Source: an uncultured Clostridia bacterium
GTDB taxonomy: Bacteria > Bacillota > Clostridia > Christensenellales > CAMQZB01
Length of the DNA stretch: 64,000 bases
Assembly (NCBI GenBank): GCA_947039455.1
Contig: CAMQZB010000001.1
Span: 79,877 to 143,876, forward strand
Reading direction: 5' to 3'
The translations under genes and the position numbers were made by a program. Position 1 is the first letter of the stretch. The number at the start of each line of letters is the position of its first letter. The notes beneath the pieces are model-generated. The model had not been told where the DNA came from, ran no database searches, and was given only the letters and a program-made list of their open reading frames with translations. This document shows, piece after piece, positions 45,455 through 54,430 of this stretch.

Positions 45455-46156
45455 ATGGAAAAAAAACGAGTGTATATGCTTGGAATAATTACCGCAATGC
45501 TAGTATCAATACTAGCGGTATCGCTGATATTTGGAGTAGGTGAAATAGCCGAAGCCAGTTCGCTAGCCAATGGATCACGTGGTGAAGTAGTTGAAAAACT
45601 GCAAAAATCATTACAGAACGAAGGGTTCTACAACGGTAGCATTGACGGGGTGTACGGAGACGGAACAATAAAAGCGGTAAAGAGTTTCCAAAAAGCTAAA
45701 GGCATAACCGCCGATGGAATTGCAGGAGCGAAAACTTTGAAACTTCTTGGAATTGATCCAAAAGAAGTGAATAGTGAGAACGGCGCAGGCACTGGATCTT
45801 ATACGGAATCGGACGTGTACTTGCTAGCAAAAGCAATTTATGCAGAAGCACGTGGAGAAGAATATATAGGAAAAGTTGCGGTGGGAGCTGTAGTGTTAAA
45901 CAGAGTGAAATCTGCTGAATTTCCTAATACAATCAGTGGTGTAGTCTATCAACCATGGGCGTTCACAGCAGTGTTCGACGGACAAATTGGACTAGAACCA
46001 GACGAAGAATGTATGCGAGCAGCAAGGGACGCAATCAACGGTTGGGATCCAACATACGGTTGCATATATTATTATAATCCAGCCACAGCAACTAGCAGTT
46101 GGATATATGATACCAAAAAAGTAGTCCAAATTGGCAAGCATGTATTTGCAGTATAA
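45455..46156 (+). CDS. sleB: spore cortex-lytic enzyme SleB
   Basis: Peptidoglycan-binding domain (LQNEGFYNGSIDGVYGDGTIKAVKSFQ) plus a Hydrolase_2 domain (LLAKAIYAEARGE...VVLNRV). ypeB follows. Confidence 0.9.
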   Translation: MEKKRVYMLGIITAMLVSILAVSLIFGVGEIAEASSLANGSRGEVVEKLQKSLQNEGFYNGSIDGVYGDGTIKAVKSFQKAKGITADGIAGAKTLKLLGIDPKEVNSENGAGTGSYTESDVYLLAKAIYAEARGEEYIGKVAVGAVVLNRVKSAEFPNTISGVVYQPWAFTAVFDGQIGLEPDEECMRAARDAINGWDPTYGCIYYYNPATATSSWIYDTKKVVQIGKHVFAV

Positions 46157-46167
46157 GGGGGTAGCAT

Positions 46168-47745
46168 ATGATAAAAAAAGATGAAACAATTATGAAAAAA
46201 GTAGACAAATTCTCACCGTATTTATACGAAAATTCGTTTTTAGAAGTGAAAGAAGCCACAATTTACGACAGTGAATCTGGAGTTTATGAAGATATAGACA
46301 ACAGTAATGCTGAAAATAATACACATAAACAGGCTGGAAATCATAGCAACGGAAGTGACAATAATCACCATGACGGCGGTAACAACAACCACAACGGCGG
46401 AAATAAAATGCCCCACGGAAAGAAAGTTAGTAGAGTAAAGACAGTAGCAATTATCGTGCTAAGTGTCCTACTTGGAGCAACATCAATTTCTACAGTGGTG
46501 CTAGCAAATACAAACGCAACCTATATGAATATGGCGGAAAGTTCTTTCAACAAAGCGTATAATCAGTTTGTAATGGATCTAAATAATTTAGAAACAAACT
46601 TATCGAAATTATTTATAACAAATTCAAGTCAAATGCAAATAAAAGGCTTGAATGAGCTGTCAAGTCTAGCAATGTCAGCGGAAAACAATTTAACAAGTCT
46701 ACCGACAAAAAGCCAAAGCGTGAAAGATGTTTCAAAATTTTTGAACCAACTAATGGACTATTCAAAAAACCTTTCTGATAAGGTGGTGAATGGAAATAAA
46801 ATCACTGAAGAAGAAAAGCAATCTTTGAAAAAGTTGTATGAAATAAATGTGAAATTAAAAGATTCCGTAAACCAATTCCTAATGGAAAATCACGGAGAAA
46901 TGAAGATGTTTTCACAAGGAATGTTCTTAAGATCTGACATGATAGACCCAATGGAATTAACTTATGACAGCGTAAAAGAGGGTGATATAAAGTATCCAGC
47001 CTTGATTTACGACGGACCATTCAGTGATAATATTGAAGAAGCAAAAGAAGAAATTGGGCAAGAAAATATATCAGAATCTGAAGCGATAAAACAAGTAGAA
47101 AAATTCTTTGAAAAAGTACAAAACGTATCAACAATTAAAGAAGAACGAGGCGATAAAGCCTCAACGTACAGTTTCCAAGGCGAACTTGGTGACCGTAGTT
47201 TATACGCACAAGTAGCAAAAAGCAACGGAATGATCGTACTATTTGACGCATATAGACAAGTTGCCGAAGTGAATTTAACTGAAGATAAAGCAATAGCAAT
47301 AGCGAAAGATTTCATTAATAATTTAGGCTATGAAAACGTTGAAGCTGTATGGAAATTACAGTCAAACAATGTATTAATGATAAATTTTGCAACAAAATTA
47401 AACGATACTATAGTTTATTCTGAGCTTATAAAAGTAAAAATCGCACTTGATAACGGTGAAATATTAGGAATAGAAGGTTTGAATTACGCAGTAAATAGTG
47501 AAAAAGAAAAAGACTTTAAAACTGTGTTAACGGAAGATGAAGCGAGAGCGAAAGTGTCTAAGGAATTGAAAATTGACTCAGTACAAAAAGCTATAGTTCC
47601 AATAAATAAAAACCACATTATGACCTATGAATTTGCAGGAACTTACGACGGCTTGAAATTCTATGTATATATTGACGCAAAAACAGGAGCAGAAGTACGA
47701 TTTATGCGAGTAGTAAAACATGGCGAAGGACAACAAATTTTATAA
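46168..47745 (+). CDS. ypeB: germination protein YpeB
   Basis: TM anchor after a His/Asn/Gly-rich N-terminus and C-terminal PepSY-like repeats. Conserved sleB-ypeB order. Confidence 0.8.
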   Translation: MIKKDETIMKKVDKFSPYLYENSFLEVKEATIYDSESGVYEDIDNSNAENNTHKQAGNHSNGSDNNHHDGGNNNHNGGNKMPHGKKVSRVKTVAIIVLSVLLGATSISTVVLANTNATYMNMAESSFNKAYNQFVMDLNNLETNLSKLFITNSSQMQIKGLNELSSLAMSAENNLTSLPTKSQSVKDVSKFLNQLMDYSKNLSDKVVNGNKITEEEKQSLKKLYEINVKLKDSVNQFLMENHGEMKMFSQGMFLRSDMIDPMELTYDSVKEGDIKYPALIYDGPFSDNIEEAKEEIGQENISESEAIKQVEKFFEKVQNVSTIKEERGDKASTYSFQGELGDRSLYAQVAKSNGMIVLFDAYRQVAEVNLTEDKAIAIAKDFINNLGYENVEAVWKLQSNNVLMINFATKLNDTIVYSELIKVKIALDNGEILGIEGLNYAVNSEKEKDFKTVLTEDEARAKVSKELKIDSVQKAIVPINKNHIMTYEFAGTYDGLKFYVYIDAKTGAEVRFMRVVKHGEGQQIL

Positions 47746-47795
47746 AACAACATAAAATTTGTACAGTATTATAAAATATGTCGAAATATAAGGAA

Positions 47796-47826
47796 AATTA
47801 GTGGTTTTTGCCACTAATTTTTTTTA
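47796..47826 (+). terminator. sleB-ypeB terminator
   Basis: Stem aattagtgg/ccactaatt followed by an 8-T run. Confidence 0.85.
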
Positions 47827-47892
47827 TGCTTTACAACCAAAGAAAATTAGTGTATAATATTATATAATAAATAAAAAAGTAGGAGTAGAAAG

Positions 47893-48312
47893 TTGAGAGA
47901 AGCGAAGATTACAATAAAAACTAAAGACGATTTCAATGAAACCGAGATAATATTATACGGAGAAAGCTGGACCGAAGGTGACACGCAGTTTTTAGTGTAT
48001 GTTGACAAGTCGCAAGAAGACAAAACCAACAAAACGGTGATTGCATTTGACGATAATTCTCTATCCTATCAAAAATACGGCAAGTACAATATGGAGTTAA
48101 ATTTTGAAATAAACAATAAGTTAAATTTCCCGCTAGAAACGGAGTATGGAACAATGGCGGTGGAGCTTTCCACAAAGAAATTAGTAATTGAAAGAACAGA
48201 AAAAGGTGCAAATATAGATATAGATTACACCCTGATATTTTCAGAAACACAAGGTGTAAATTACAGTATAAATATAGAATTCAAGTATGTTTTAAGTAAG
48301 GAGATGATATGA
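47893..48312 (+). CDS. DUF1934-like (YwiB-like) beta-barrel protein
   Basis: 139 aa, TTG start after RBS aggag. The sequence pattern is compatible with DUF1934. Its stop overlaps the rho-like start (ATGA). Confidence 0.55.
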   Translation: MREAKITIKTKDDFNETEIILYGESWTEGDTQFLVYVDKSQEDKTNKTVIAFDDNSLSYQKYGKYNMELNFEINNKLNFPLETEYGTMAVELSTKKLVIERTEKGANIDIDYTLIFSETQGVNYSINIEFKYVLSKEMI

Positions 48313-49832
48313 TTGATCAAAAATTAGATGAAGGGGCAAAGCACTATCAAGATATACGAAAATTGTTTGATAATTATATAATCACTGAAGAAAATTTGAA
48401 AGTAATGACGATTTATAACCTACGAGCATTGGCATTTGGAGCAAAAATACAAGCTGCAGTAACAATGAAAAAAGAAGTAGTAATTGATGCGTTGCTTGAG
48501 TTCGGAAAAGGAAATACAGCGGTCTACATTCCAAGTACAAAGAAAGGAAAACCGCCTGAAATGGGCTCTAATTTTTATCCTGCCATAGAGCGTTTAAAGG
48601 AAAAAAATCAGTTAATTCCTATTAAAAAAGTAAACGTAAACGATATATTGAGTGATAGCGTTGGTGGATTTACCAATGATATTTTTCAAGAAACAAAAGA
48701 CGGAGAAAGTATAATCGAGGGTGGAATTTTAGAGATAATGCCTGATGATTTTGGATATTTACGTGGTGGAAATTACGGCTCAAAATACAGTGAAATATAC
48801 GTTTCTTCTAACATAATTAATAACCTTTTCATAAGAAATGGTGATTATGTAAAAGGTGAAGTAATTAAAAATGCAAACAACAAAGACTGTTTGAAAAACG
48901 TAATAGAAGTAAACGGAAAACCAGTAACTGATTGCTATAATCGATTAAATTTTGAAGATTTAGTTGCAGTTTTCCCTAAAGAAAAATTTCAATTATCTAG
49001 TGAAGAAAACAATGAAATGGAGTTAAGATTAATTGATTTATTTTGTCCAATAGGAAAAGGGCAACGTGGAATAATCGCAACACCTCCAAAAACTGACCCA
49101 ACAACGATTTTAAAAAGCGTATCAAAAGCTATGGTGCAAAACAATAGCAACGTGAAAGTTTTGATGTTGTTAATAGGTCAACGCCCAGAAGAAGTAACGG
49201 ACATCAAAGAATCGGTTGACGCGGAAGTGTTTTTTACAACATTTGACGATGTATGTGAGGAACAAATAGCGGTGGCGGAAACGGTTTTATCACATGGAAA
49301 ACGCCTTGTAGAAAGCGGTTATGACGTGGTAATTATGATAGACAGCATCACAAAATTAGTGAAAGCGTATAATAATGTATCATATACTTCAAGCCGAACT
49401 ATGAATGGTGAGCTTGAAGTGAATGCACTTGAAGTACCGAAAAAATTCTTTGGTTCAGCTAGAAACATCAAAAACCAAGGCAGTTTTACAATTCTTGCCA
49501 CAGCGGAAGTTGAAACGGGAAACCGAATGGACGATATGATTTACCATGAATTTATTGCGTCAGGAAATATGGAATTGCGACTTGATAGAACCTTAGCTGA
49601 AAATAGAATTTTCCCAAGCATAAATTGCGAAAAATCCTATACAATGAAAGACGATTTATTGTTAACAAAAGAGCAGTTAGACGTACAGTATTCTATTAGA
49701 AAAACATTCACATCACAAACTATCCTAGATGACACCATTTTATTAATAGACATGGTTGGAAAAACAAAAACAAACCATGAATTTATAGAAAAGTACCCAT
49801 CTTTAGTAAAGATTAAAAGCCACAACAACTAA
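48309..49832 (+). CDS. rho: Rho-family protein with degenerate ATPase motifs
   Basis: Rho_N-like helices, a CSD-like RNA-binding domain (DFGYLRG, EIYVS) and a RecA-type domain (VVIMIDSITKLVKAYN, NALEVPKKFFGSARN, GNMELRLDR). The P-loop reads TPPKTDPT instead of APPKAGKT. Confidence 0.85.
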   Translation: MIDQKLDEGAKHYQDIRKLFDNYIITEENLKVMTIYNLRALAFGAKIQAAVTMKKEVVIDALLEFGKGNTAVYIPSTKKGKPPEMGSNFYPAIERLKEKNQLIPIKKVNVNDILSDSVGGFTNDIFQETKDGESIIEGGILEIMPDDFGYLRGGNYGSKYSEIYVSSNIINNLFIRNGDYVKGEVIKNANNKDCLKNVIEVNGKPVTDCYNRLNFEDLVAVFPKEKFQLSSEENNEMELRLIDLFCPIGKGQRGIIATPPKTDPTTILKSVSKAMVQNNSNVKVLMLLIGQRPEEVTDIKESVDAEVFFTTFDDVCEEQIAVAETVLSHGKRLVESGYDVVIMIDSITKLVKAYNNVSYTSSRTMNGELEVNALEVPKKFFGSARNIKNQGSFTILATAEVETGNRMDDMIYHEFIASGNMELRLDRTLAENRIFPSINCEKSYTMKDDLLLTKEQLDVQYSIRKTFTSQTILDDTILLIDMVGKTKTNHEFIEKYPSLVKIKSHNN

Positions 49833-49876
49833 AATTCAAAAACCTAAAAAAGACCCAAAAAACACTAAAATAGCAA

Positions 49877-49929
49877 AAAACCGTTATTTACGATTGACTT
49901 AAATTCAATCAAAATAACGGTTTTTTTTA
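49877..49929 (+). terminator. rho-like gene terminator
   Basis: Stem aaaccgttattt/aaataacggttt followed by a T-run. Confidence 0.7.
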
Positions 49930-50066
49930 TATAATTATAAAAATATTTCACAATAAATTATAAAGGGAATATTCATAAATAAATAGCAAATAATATTTCA
50001 AAACTTCCTAGAAGTCCAAAGAAATTATTAAAGTAAGATTACAATCTAGCAGAAAGTTCAAAAGAG

Positions 50067-51077
50067 CTATCTAATAGCGGTAACTGATAAAAGTTCGATG
50101 TGTTTTGATAGAAAATTCTCTTTAACATCTTGAGCACGAACGTAGTCGGTGGACAGATATTTCTTGTTATCGTCAGAGAAAATAGTAGCAACAACAGCAT
50201 TTTTTCCTATAATATCTTGAGCTAAAAGAGCACCAAGGAAGTTAGCACCTGAAGAAATTCCAACACCAAGACCAAGTTTTTGAGTTAAAAGACGAGCCAT
50301 GTTGATAGCGTCGCCATCGTCAACAGCAATGATTTGATCAAGAGTATCAAGTTTCACGATTTCAGGAATAAACTCATCGGAAATGCCTTGAATACGGTGA
50401 CTTCCGTCTTTGTGACCAGTTGAAAGAGTAGGCGAACTAGCAGGTTCAAGAGGGAAAACTTTGGCATTAGGGTTAGATTCTCTAACTCTTTTGCCGATAC
50501 CCATAATAGTACCACCAGTGCCAACGCCAGCAAGAACTCCGTCGCAAACAAGCCCAATTTTTTCAAGTTGATTGACGATTTCGTTACCAGTAGTTAGATA
50601 GTGCGCCTCAACGTTATCTTCATTTGAAAATTGACGAGGCAAGAACACATTTCCCCCTAAGAACATCTCTTCAGTTTTTGCGATAGAACCTAAAAAACCA
50701 CCTTCTTCACGAGAAACAAGGCGAATTTCAGCCCCATAACTTTCAATAAGTTTGATACGTTCTTGACTCATCCAGTCAGGCATAAAAATCACAACTTTGT
50801 GACCAAGAGCGCCACCAAGAGCGGAAAAAGCGATACCCGTGTTTCCAGAAGTAGCCTCAGCAATGGTGAAACCTTCCTTTAAAGAACCGTTAGCGTAAGC
50901 CTTTTTCAAAATATGAAAAGCCACACGATCCTTGATGCTACCAGTCAAATTATAATATTCAGCCTTAGCGTAAACGTGACGAATTTCGCCCTTGAAATTG
51001 AATTCAATATCAAGAAGTGGCGTGTTAGAAATTAATGAGGAAAGCCCATTAAATTTATTTTCTATTAATTTTTCCAT
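50067..51077 (-). CDS. cysK: PLP-dependent cysteine synthase family protein (O-acetylserine sulfhydrylase-like)
   Basis: PLP lysine motif TGSIKDR, SGNTG and GTGGT loops, 336 aa. Confidence 0.8.
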   Translation of the reverse strand: MEKLIENKFNGLSSLISNTPLLDIEFNFKGEIRHVYAKAEYYNLTGSIKDRVAFHILKKAYANGSLKEGFTIAEATSGNTGIAFSALGGALGHKVVIFMPDWMSQERIKLIESYGAEIRLVSREEGGFLGSIAKTEEMFLGGNVFLPRQFSNEDNVEAHYLTTGNEIVNQLEKIGLVCDGVLAGVGTGGTIMGIGKRVRESNPNAKVFPLEPASSPTLSTGHKDGSHRIQGISDEFIPEIVKLDTLDQIIAVDDGDAINMARLLTQKLGLGVGISSGANFLGALLAQDIIGKNAVVATIFSDDNKKYLSTDYVRAQDVKENFLSKHIELLSVTAIR

Positions 51078-51344
51078 AAATACCTCTTATTAACTATATT
51101 CTAAACTAGCGAAAAAAGTCACATAATTTAAAAAATAAAGCTATATAATTTTAATAATCATATCTTACATTAATAATTAAAAAAAGTCTACTAAATTACT
51201 TGTGATTATCAAAAAAATATTAAAAATAAATTAATTTAAAACAGCGGAGAGATAGAATTAAATTGCTGATAGAGCGAAAAATATGGTATAATAAAAGAGA
51301 AAAACAGCAAAAAAACATCTAAGATAGTAAATAAGGAGAGTAAC

Positions 51345-52130
51345 ATGGCAGTATTTAGCAAGAAAAAATTAGCAGAAACAAGAGGTGGCGGACCATTTGT
51401 CAGCGTAATATTATTGAAAGACGGTAAGTATGATTTGAACCAGTTAGCGGAAACAATCAACAGCGATTGGGGAATTAAATTACCAAATGGAAGCGTAAAC
51501 GAAACTACAAACACATTGAGTTGCAGTATCGACGGCGTGTCCGCAACGGTGACTTTAATTAATGCACCAATAGCAAATGACGAAGCTGTGAAAAACGCTG
51601 AAACTAACTTCCGTTGGGAAGAAGCAGTGGAAGTTGCAAAAGCCCACAAAGCCCATTTGCAAATAGTAATTACTACTCAAAACGAAGCATTGACGAAAGC
51701 TAGCACAACATTAGTGAAAATATCTTCAAGTGCATTAAAACAAGATATAGCAACAGGAATTCAAACAGTAGGAACAGTTTTTGCTCCTGATTTTTACGTA
51801 GATTTTGCGGAAGATTTCATAAATGATGACGCATTTCCAATTTGGAATTTAGTATTTTTCGGTTTGTATAGTAACGATCAAGGCAAAACTTTCAGCGGAT
51901 ATACAAACGGCATGAAAGTGTTCAACAAAGACGAAATAGAAATTATAGACAGCGAGTTTTCAGCCGATGAAGTGGTGGAATTGCTAACTGATATAGCAAA
52001 TTACTCAATCGAAGAAGATGTAACGCTACTAGACGGAGAAACAATCGGATTCACCGAAGACCAAAAACTTCCAATAACAAAATCCCAAGGCATAGCCCTT
52101 CCATTCGAAACAATGAAAATTAAATTCTAA
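51345..52130 (+). CDS. hypothetical protein (261 aa; possibly DUF4261-like C-terminal region)
   Basis: RBS aaggagag with an upstream extended -10 (tggtataat). The family assignment is only a recollection. Confidence 0.55.
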   Translation: MAVFSKKKLAETRGGGPFVSVILLKDGKYDLNQLAETINSDWGIKLPNGSVNETTNTLSCSIDGVSATVTLINAPIANDEAVKNAETNFRWEEAVEVAKAHKAHLQIVITTQNEALTKASTTLVKISSSALKQDIATGIQTVGTVFAPDFYVDFAEDFINDDAFPIWNLVFFGLYSNDQGKTFSGYTNGMKVFNKDEIEIIDSEFSADEVVELLTDIANYSIEEDVTLLDGETIGFTEDQKLPITKSQGIALPFETMKIKF

Positions 52131-52156
52131 TAAACAAATTACAAATTACAAATTAC

Positions 52157-52196
52157 AAAAAAAACAGCTCAGTAGAAATACCGAGCTGTTTTTTTA
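52157..52196. terminator. bidirectional terminator
   Basis: Stem cagctc/gagctg flanked by an A-run and a T-run, between convergent genes. Confidence 0.7.
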
Positions 52197-52201
52197 TTTC
52201 A

Positions 52202-52423
52202 TTATAATTCGTTTCGACCAATTAAATAGTCAATAGAAACATTGAAGTAGTCAGCTAATTTGCAAACAGCATCAAGACTAAGTTTTGTTTCACCGCTTAA
52301 ATAACGCAACAAAGTAGGCTGATTAATCCCAGATTCCACAGCAATCCTATTGACAGTCAAACCTTTAAGAATACGTAATTCTTCAAAACTACTATTAAAT
52401 TTTTCATTATAAAACTTTTTCAT
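52202..52423 (-). CDS. XRE-family helix-turn-helix transcriptional regulator (73 aa)
   Basis: LKGLTVNRIAVESGINQPTLLRYLSGE HTH_3 pattern. Confidence 0.8.
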   Translation of the reverse strand: MKKFYNEKFNSSFEELRILKGLTVNRIAVESGINQPTLLRYLSGETKLSLDAVCKLADYFNVSIDYLIGRNEL

Positions 52424-52429
52424 ATAGAT

Positions 52430-52458
52430 ATTATATAAGAAAAGGTATGATTTGTCAA
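52430..52458 (-). promoter_or_regulatory. consensus promoter giving a (near-)leaderless XRE transcript
   Basis: On the minus strand: TTGACA, 17-nt spacer, TATAAT, then 6 nt, then ATG. There is no SD sequence. Confidence 0.65.
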
Positions 52459-52543
52459 TAAACCATGAAAATGTGAGGGCAGGATATTCATATTAAAAAA
52501 AACTCGCACGTTATACGATACCTAAGACTTCTATTTAATAATT

Positions 52544-52552
52544 TGCTATAAT
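52544..52552 (+). promoter_or_regulatory. extended -10 element for the divergent small gene
   Basis: TGcTATAAT lies about 65 nt upstream of the ATG at 52617. Confidence 0.5.
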
Positions 52553-52616
52553 TAAATTGTATAAGTTATGTAAAGGTAAATCACATATAAATATAACACA
52601 AAGTGAGGTGGAAAAC

Positions 52617-52880
52617 ATGGGTATGATAAATCAGTTAAGAAGTGGGAATGTGGGTGGCACGGAAAATATTCAAATTACAATTAAAAGTACTAAACTTCTT
52701 GGTAAACTTATTAAAATAAGCGAAGAATTTACAGCAACATTAAATGATGAGCAGAAAAAATTGCATGAAAAACTAGTAGCTATAATGGAAGAGCAAAGCT
52801 ATGAAGAAAGGTGTCGAATTTATGAATACGCATTTTCGCTTGGTCTAGGACTAGGTTATGAATCAAGCAAAATAATATAA
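52617..52880 (+). CDS. hypothetical small protein (87 aa)
   Basis: The ATG at 52617 follows RBS gaggtgg. It is divergent from the XRE gene and is followed by a terminator. Confidence 0.5.
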   Translation: MGMINQLRSGNVGGTENIQITIKSTKLLGKLIKISEEFTATLNDEQKKLHEKLVAIMEEQSYEERCRIYEYAFSLGLGLGYESSKII

Positions 52881-52916
52881 TCAAAATAAAACAAACCAAA
52901 TAACACAAACATATAA

Positions 52917-52948
52917 AAGGGCAGTCACAAAGTGATTGCCCCTTTTTC
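52917..52948 (+). terminator. rho-independent terminator
   Basis: Stem gggcagtcac/gtgattgccc followed by TTTTT. Confidence 0.8.
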
Positions 52949-53113
52949 CACTAATAAAGTATAAAACACAAAAAAAGTGCAATAATTAACCTATATAAGA
53001 CAAAGACGGCGGAACAAATCAAAACACAAAATAAAACACCCACCAAAAATTATCCCCATAACCAAACCCAACTCAAACCACAACCCAACAAAAAACACTT
53101 AGAACAAAAAAGA

Positions 53114-53164
53114 GGGTCAAGGGGCTCAGCCCCTTGTTGGGGCATGGGGCAAATAGCCCCATTT
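53114..53164 (+). repeat. GC-rich twin-hairpin core, copy B
   Basis: gggtCAAGGGGCtcaGCCCCTTGttggggcaTGGGGCaaataGCCCCAttt. Confidence 0.85.
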
Positions 53165-53218
53165 AACTCACCTAAAAAAATCCAAAACCCCCCAGAACTT
53201 ACCTAAAAAACAAAAACA

Positions 53219-53252
53219 CAAAAAAAAGGCTAGTTCATAAAGAACTAACCTT
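53219..53252 (-). terminator. fba terminator
   Basis: On the minus strand: aggttagttc/gaactagcct stem followed by an 8-T run. Confidence 0.8.
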
Positions 53253-53277
53253 TGATTACGATTTAATTTAATAAAAA

Positions 53278-54207
53278 TTAAGCTTTGCCTGCACAACCTA
53301 GAACGTTGATAAGTTTGTGTGAAACGATATCAGTGATAGCGCTACGAGCAGGAGAAAGATATTGTCTAGGATCGAAGTGTGAAGGATTTTCGCTCATATA
53401 CTTTCTGATATTACCAGTGAAAGCAACACGAAGATCTGAATCGATGTTGATTTTACAAACTGACATAGCAGCAGCACGTCTAAGCAATTCTTCAGGAACG
53501 CCTTGAGCACCTGGCATAGCACCGCCGAATTCGTTAATCATTTTAACTAAGTCTTGAGGAACTGATGAAGCACCGTGAAGAACGATAGGGAAGTTAGGAA
53601 GCAATCTGCCAACTTCTTCTAAAATATCGAAACGAAGTTTAGGAGTAGATTGGAACTTGAAAGCACCGTGACTAGTACCGATAGCAATAGCAAGAGAATC
53701 AACGCCAGTTTTAGCAACGAATTCTTGAACTTCTTCAGGTCTAGTATAAGCTGAATCTTCAGAAGAAACATCAACTTCATCTTCAACGCCAGCAAGTCTT
53801 CCAAGCTCAGCTTCAACAACAACGCCTCTGTCATGAGCATATTCAACTACACGTTTAGTAGTAGCGATATTTTCAGCAAAAGAGTGGTGAGAACCGTCGA
53901 TCATAACTGAAGTGAATCCACTGTCAATACATGATTTACAAGTTTCAAAAGTGTCACCATGGTCAAGATGAAGAACAATTGGAAGACCTGAATCTTCAAC
54001 AGCAGCTTCAACTAATTTTTTCAAGTAAGTAGGGTTAGCGTATTTTCTAGCACCTGCTGAAACTTGAAGAATAAGTGGTGCGTTGTTAGCTTTACCAGCC
54101 TCAACGATACCTTGAATGATTTCCATGTTGTTAACGTTAAAAGCTCCGATAGCATAACCGCCAGCATAAGCTTTAGCAAACATTTCCGTAGTAGTAACTA
54201 ATGGCAT
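53278..54207 (-). CDS. fba: class II fructose-1,6-bisphosphate aldolase
   Basis: GGYAIGAFNVNN, VLHLDHG and GTSHGAFKF motifs. The ATG at 54207 follows RBS ggagg. Confidence 0.95.
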   Translation of the reverse strand: MPLVTTTEMFAKAYAGGYAIGAFNVNNMEIIQGIVEAGKANNAPLILQVSAGARKYANPTYLKKLVEAAVEDSGLPIVLHLDHGDTFETCKSCIDSGFTSVMIDGSHHSFAENIATTKRVVEYAHDRGVVVEAELGRLAGVEDEVDVSSEDSAYTRPEEVQEFVAKTGVDSLAIAIGTSHGAFKFQSTPKLRFDILEEVGRLLPNFPIVLHGASSVPQDLVKMINEFGGAMPGAQGVPEELLRRAAAMSVCKINIDSDLRVAFTGNIRKYMSENPSHFDPRQYLSPARSAITDIVSHKLINVLGCAGKA

Positions 54208-54430
54208 AGTGAATTCCTCCATAAAATCTAATAAAGACATTATAACACACTTATAGAAAAAATCAAATAAGAAATGGCAAAGGTTGTGAAAAAAATCACA
54301 AATAATAAAATATAATTAACACGAAACCTATTGAAATTATTGTAATAATATGGTACAATAATAAACAATATGAAGTCTATATGGAAAATATAGGCAATAA
54401 AAAGAAAATATAGTATAAGGAGCGAGAAAA

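Noticed and set aside
51078-51344. Possible riboswitch (S-box/T-box) upstream of the cysteine synthase gene.
   Set aside because: There are no conserved riboswitch motifs or stable GC helices. The region seems to hold only divergent promoters, for example tggtataat for the + strand gene.
52137-52160. caaatta x3 heptanucleotide repeat after the gene at 51345..52130.
   Set aside because: It is a short AT-rich microsatellite next to a terminator, and there is no evidence of function.
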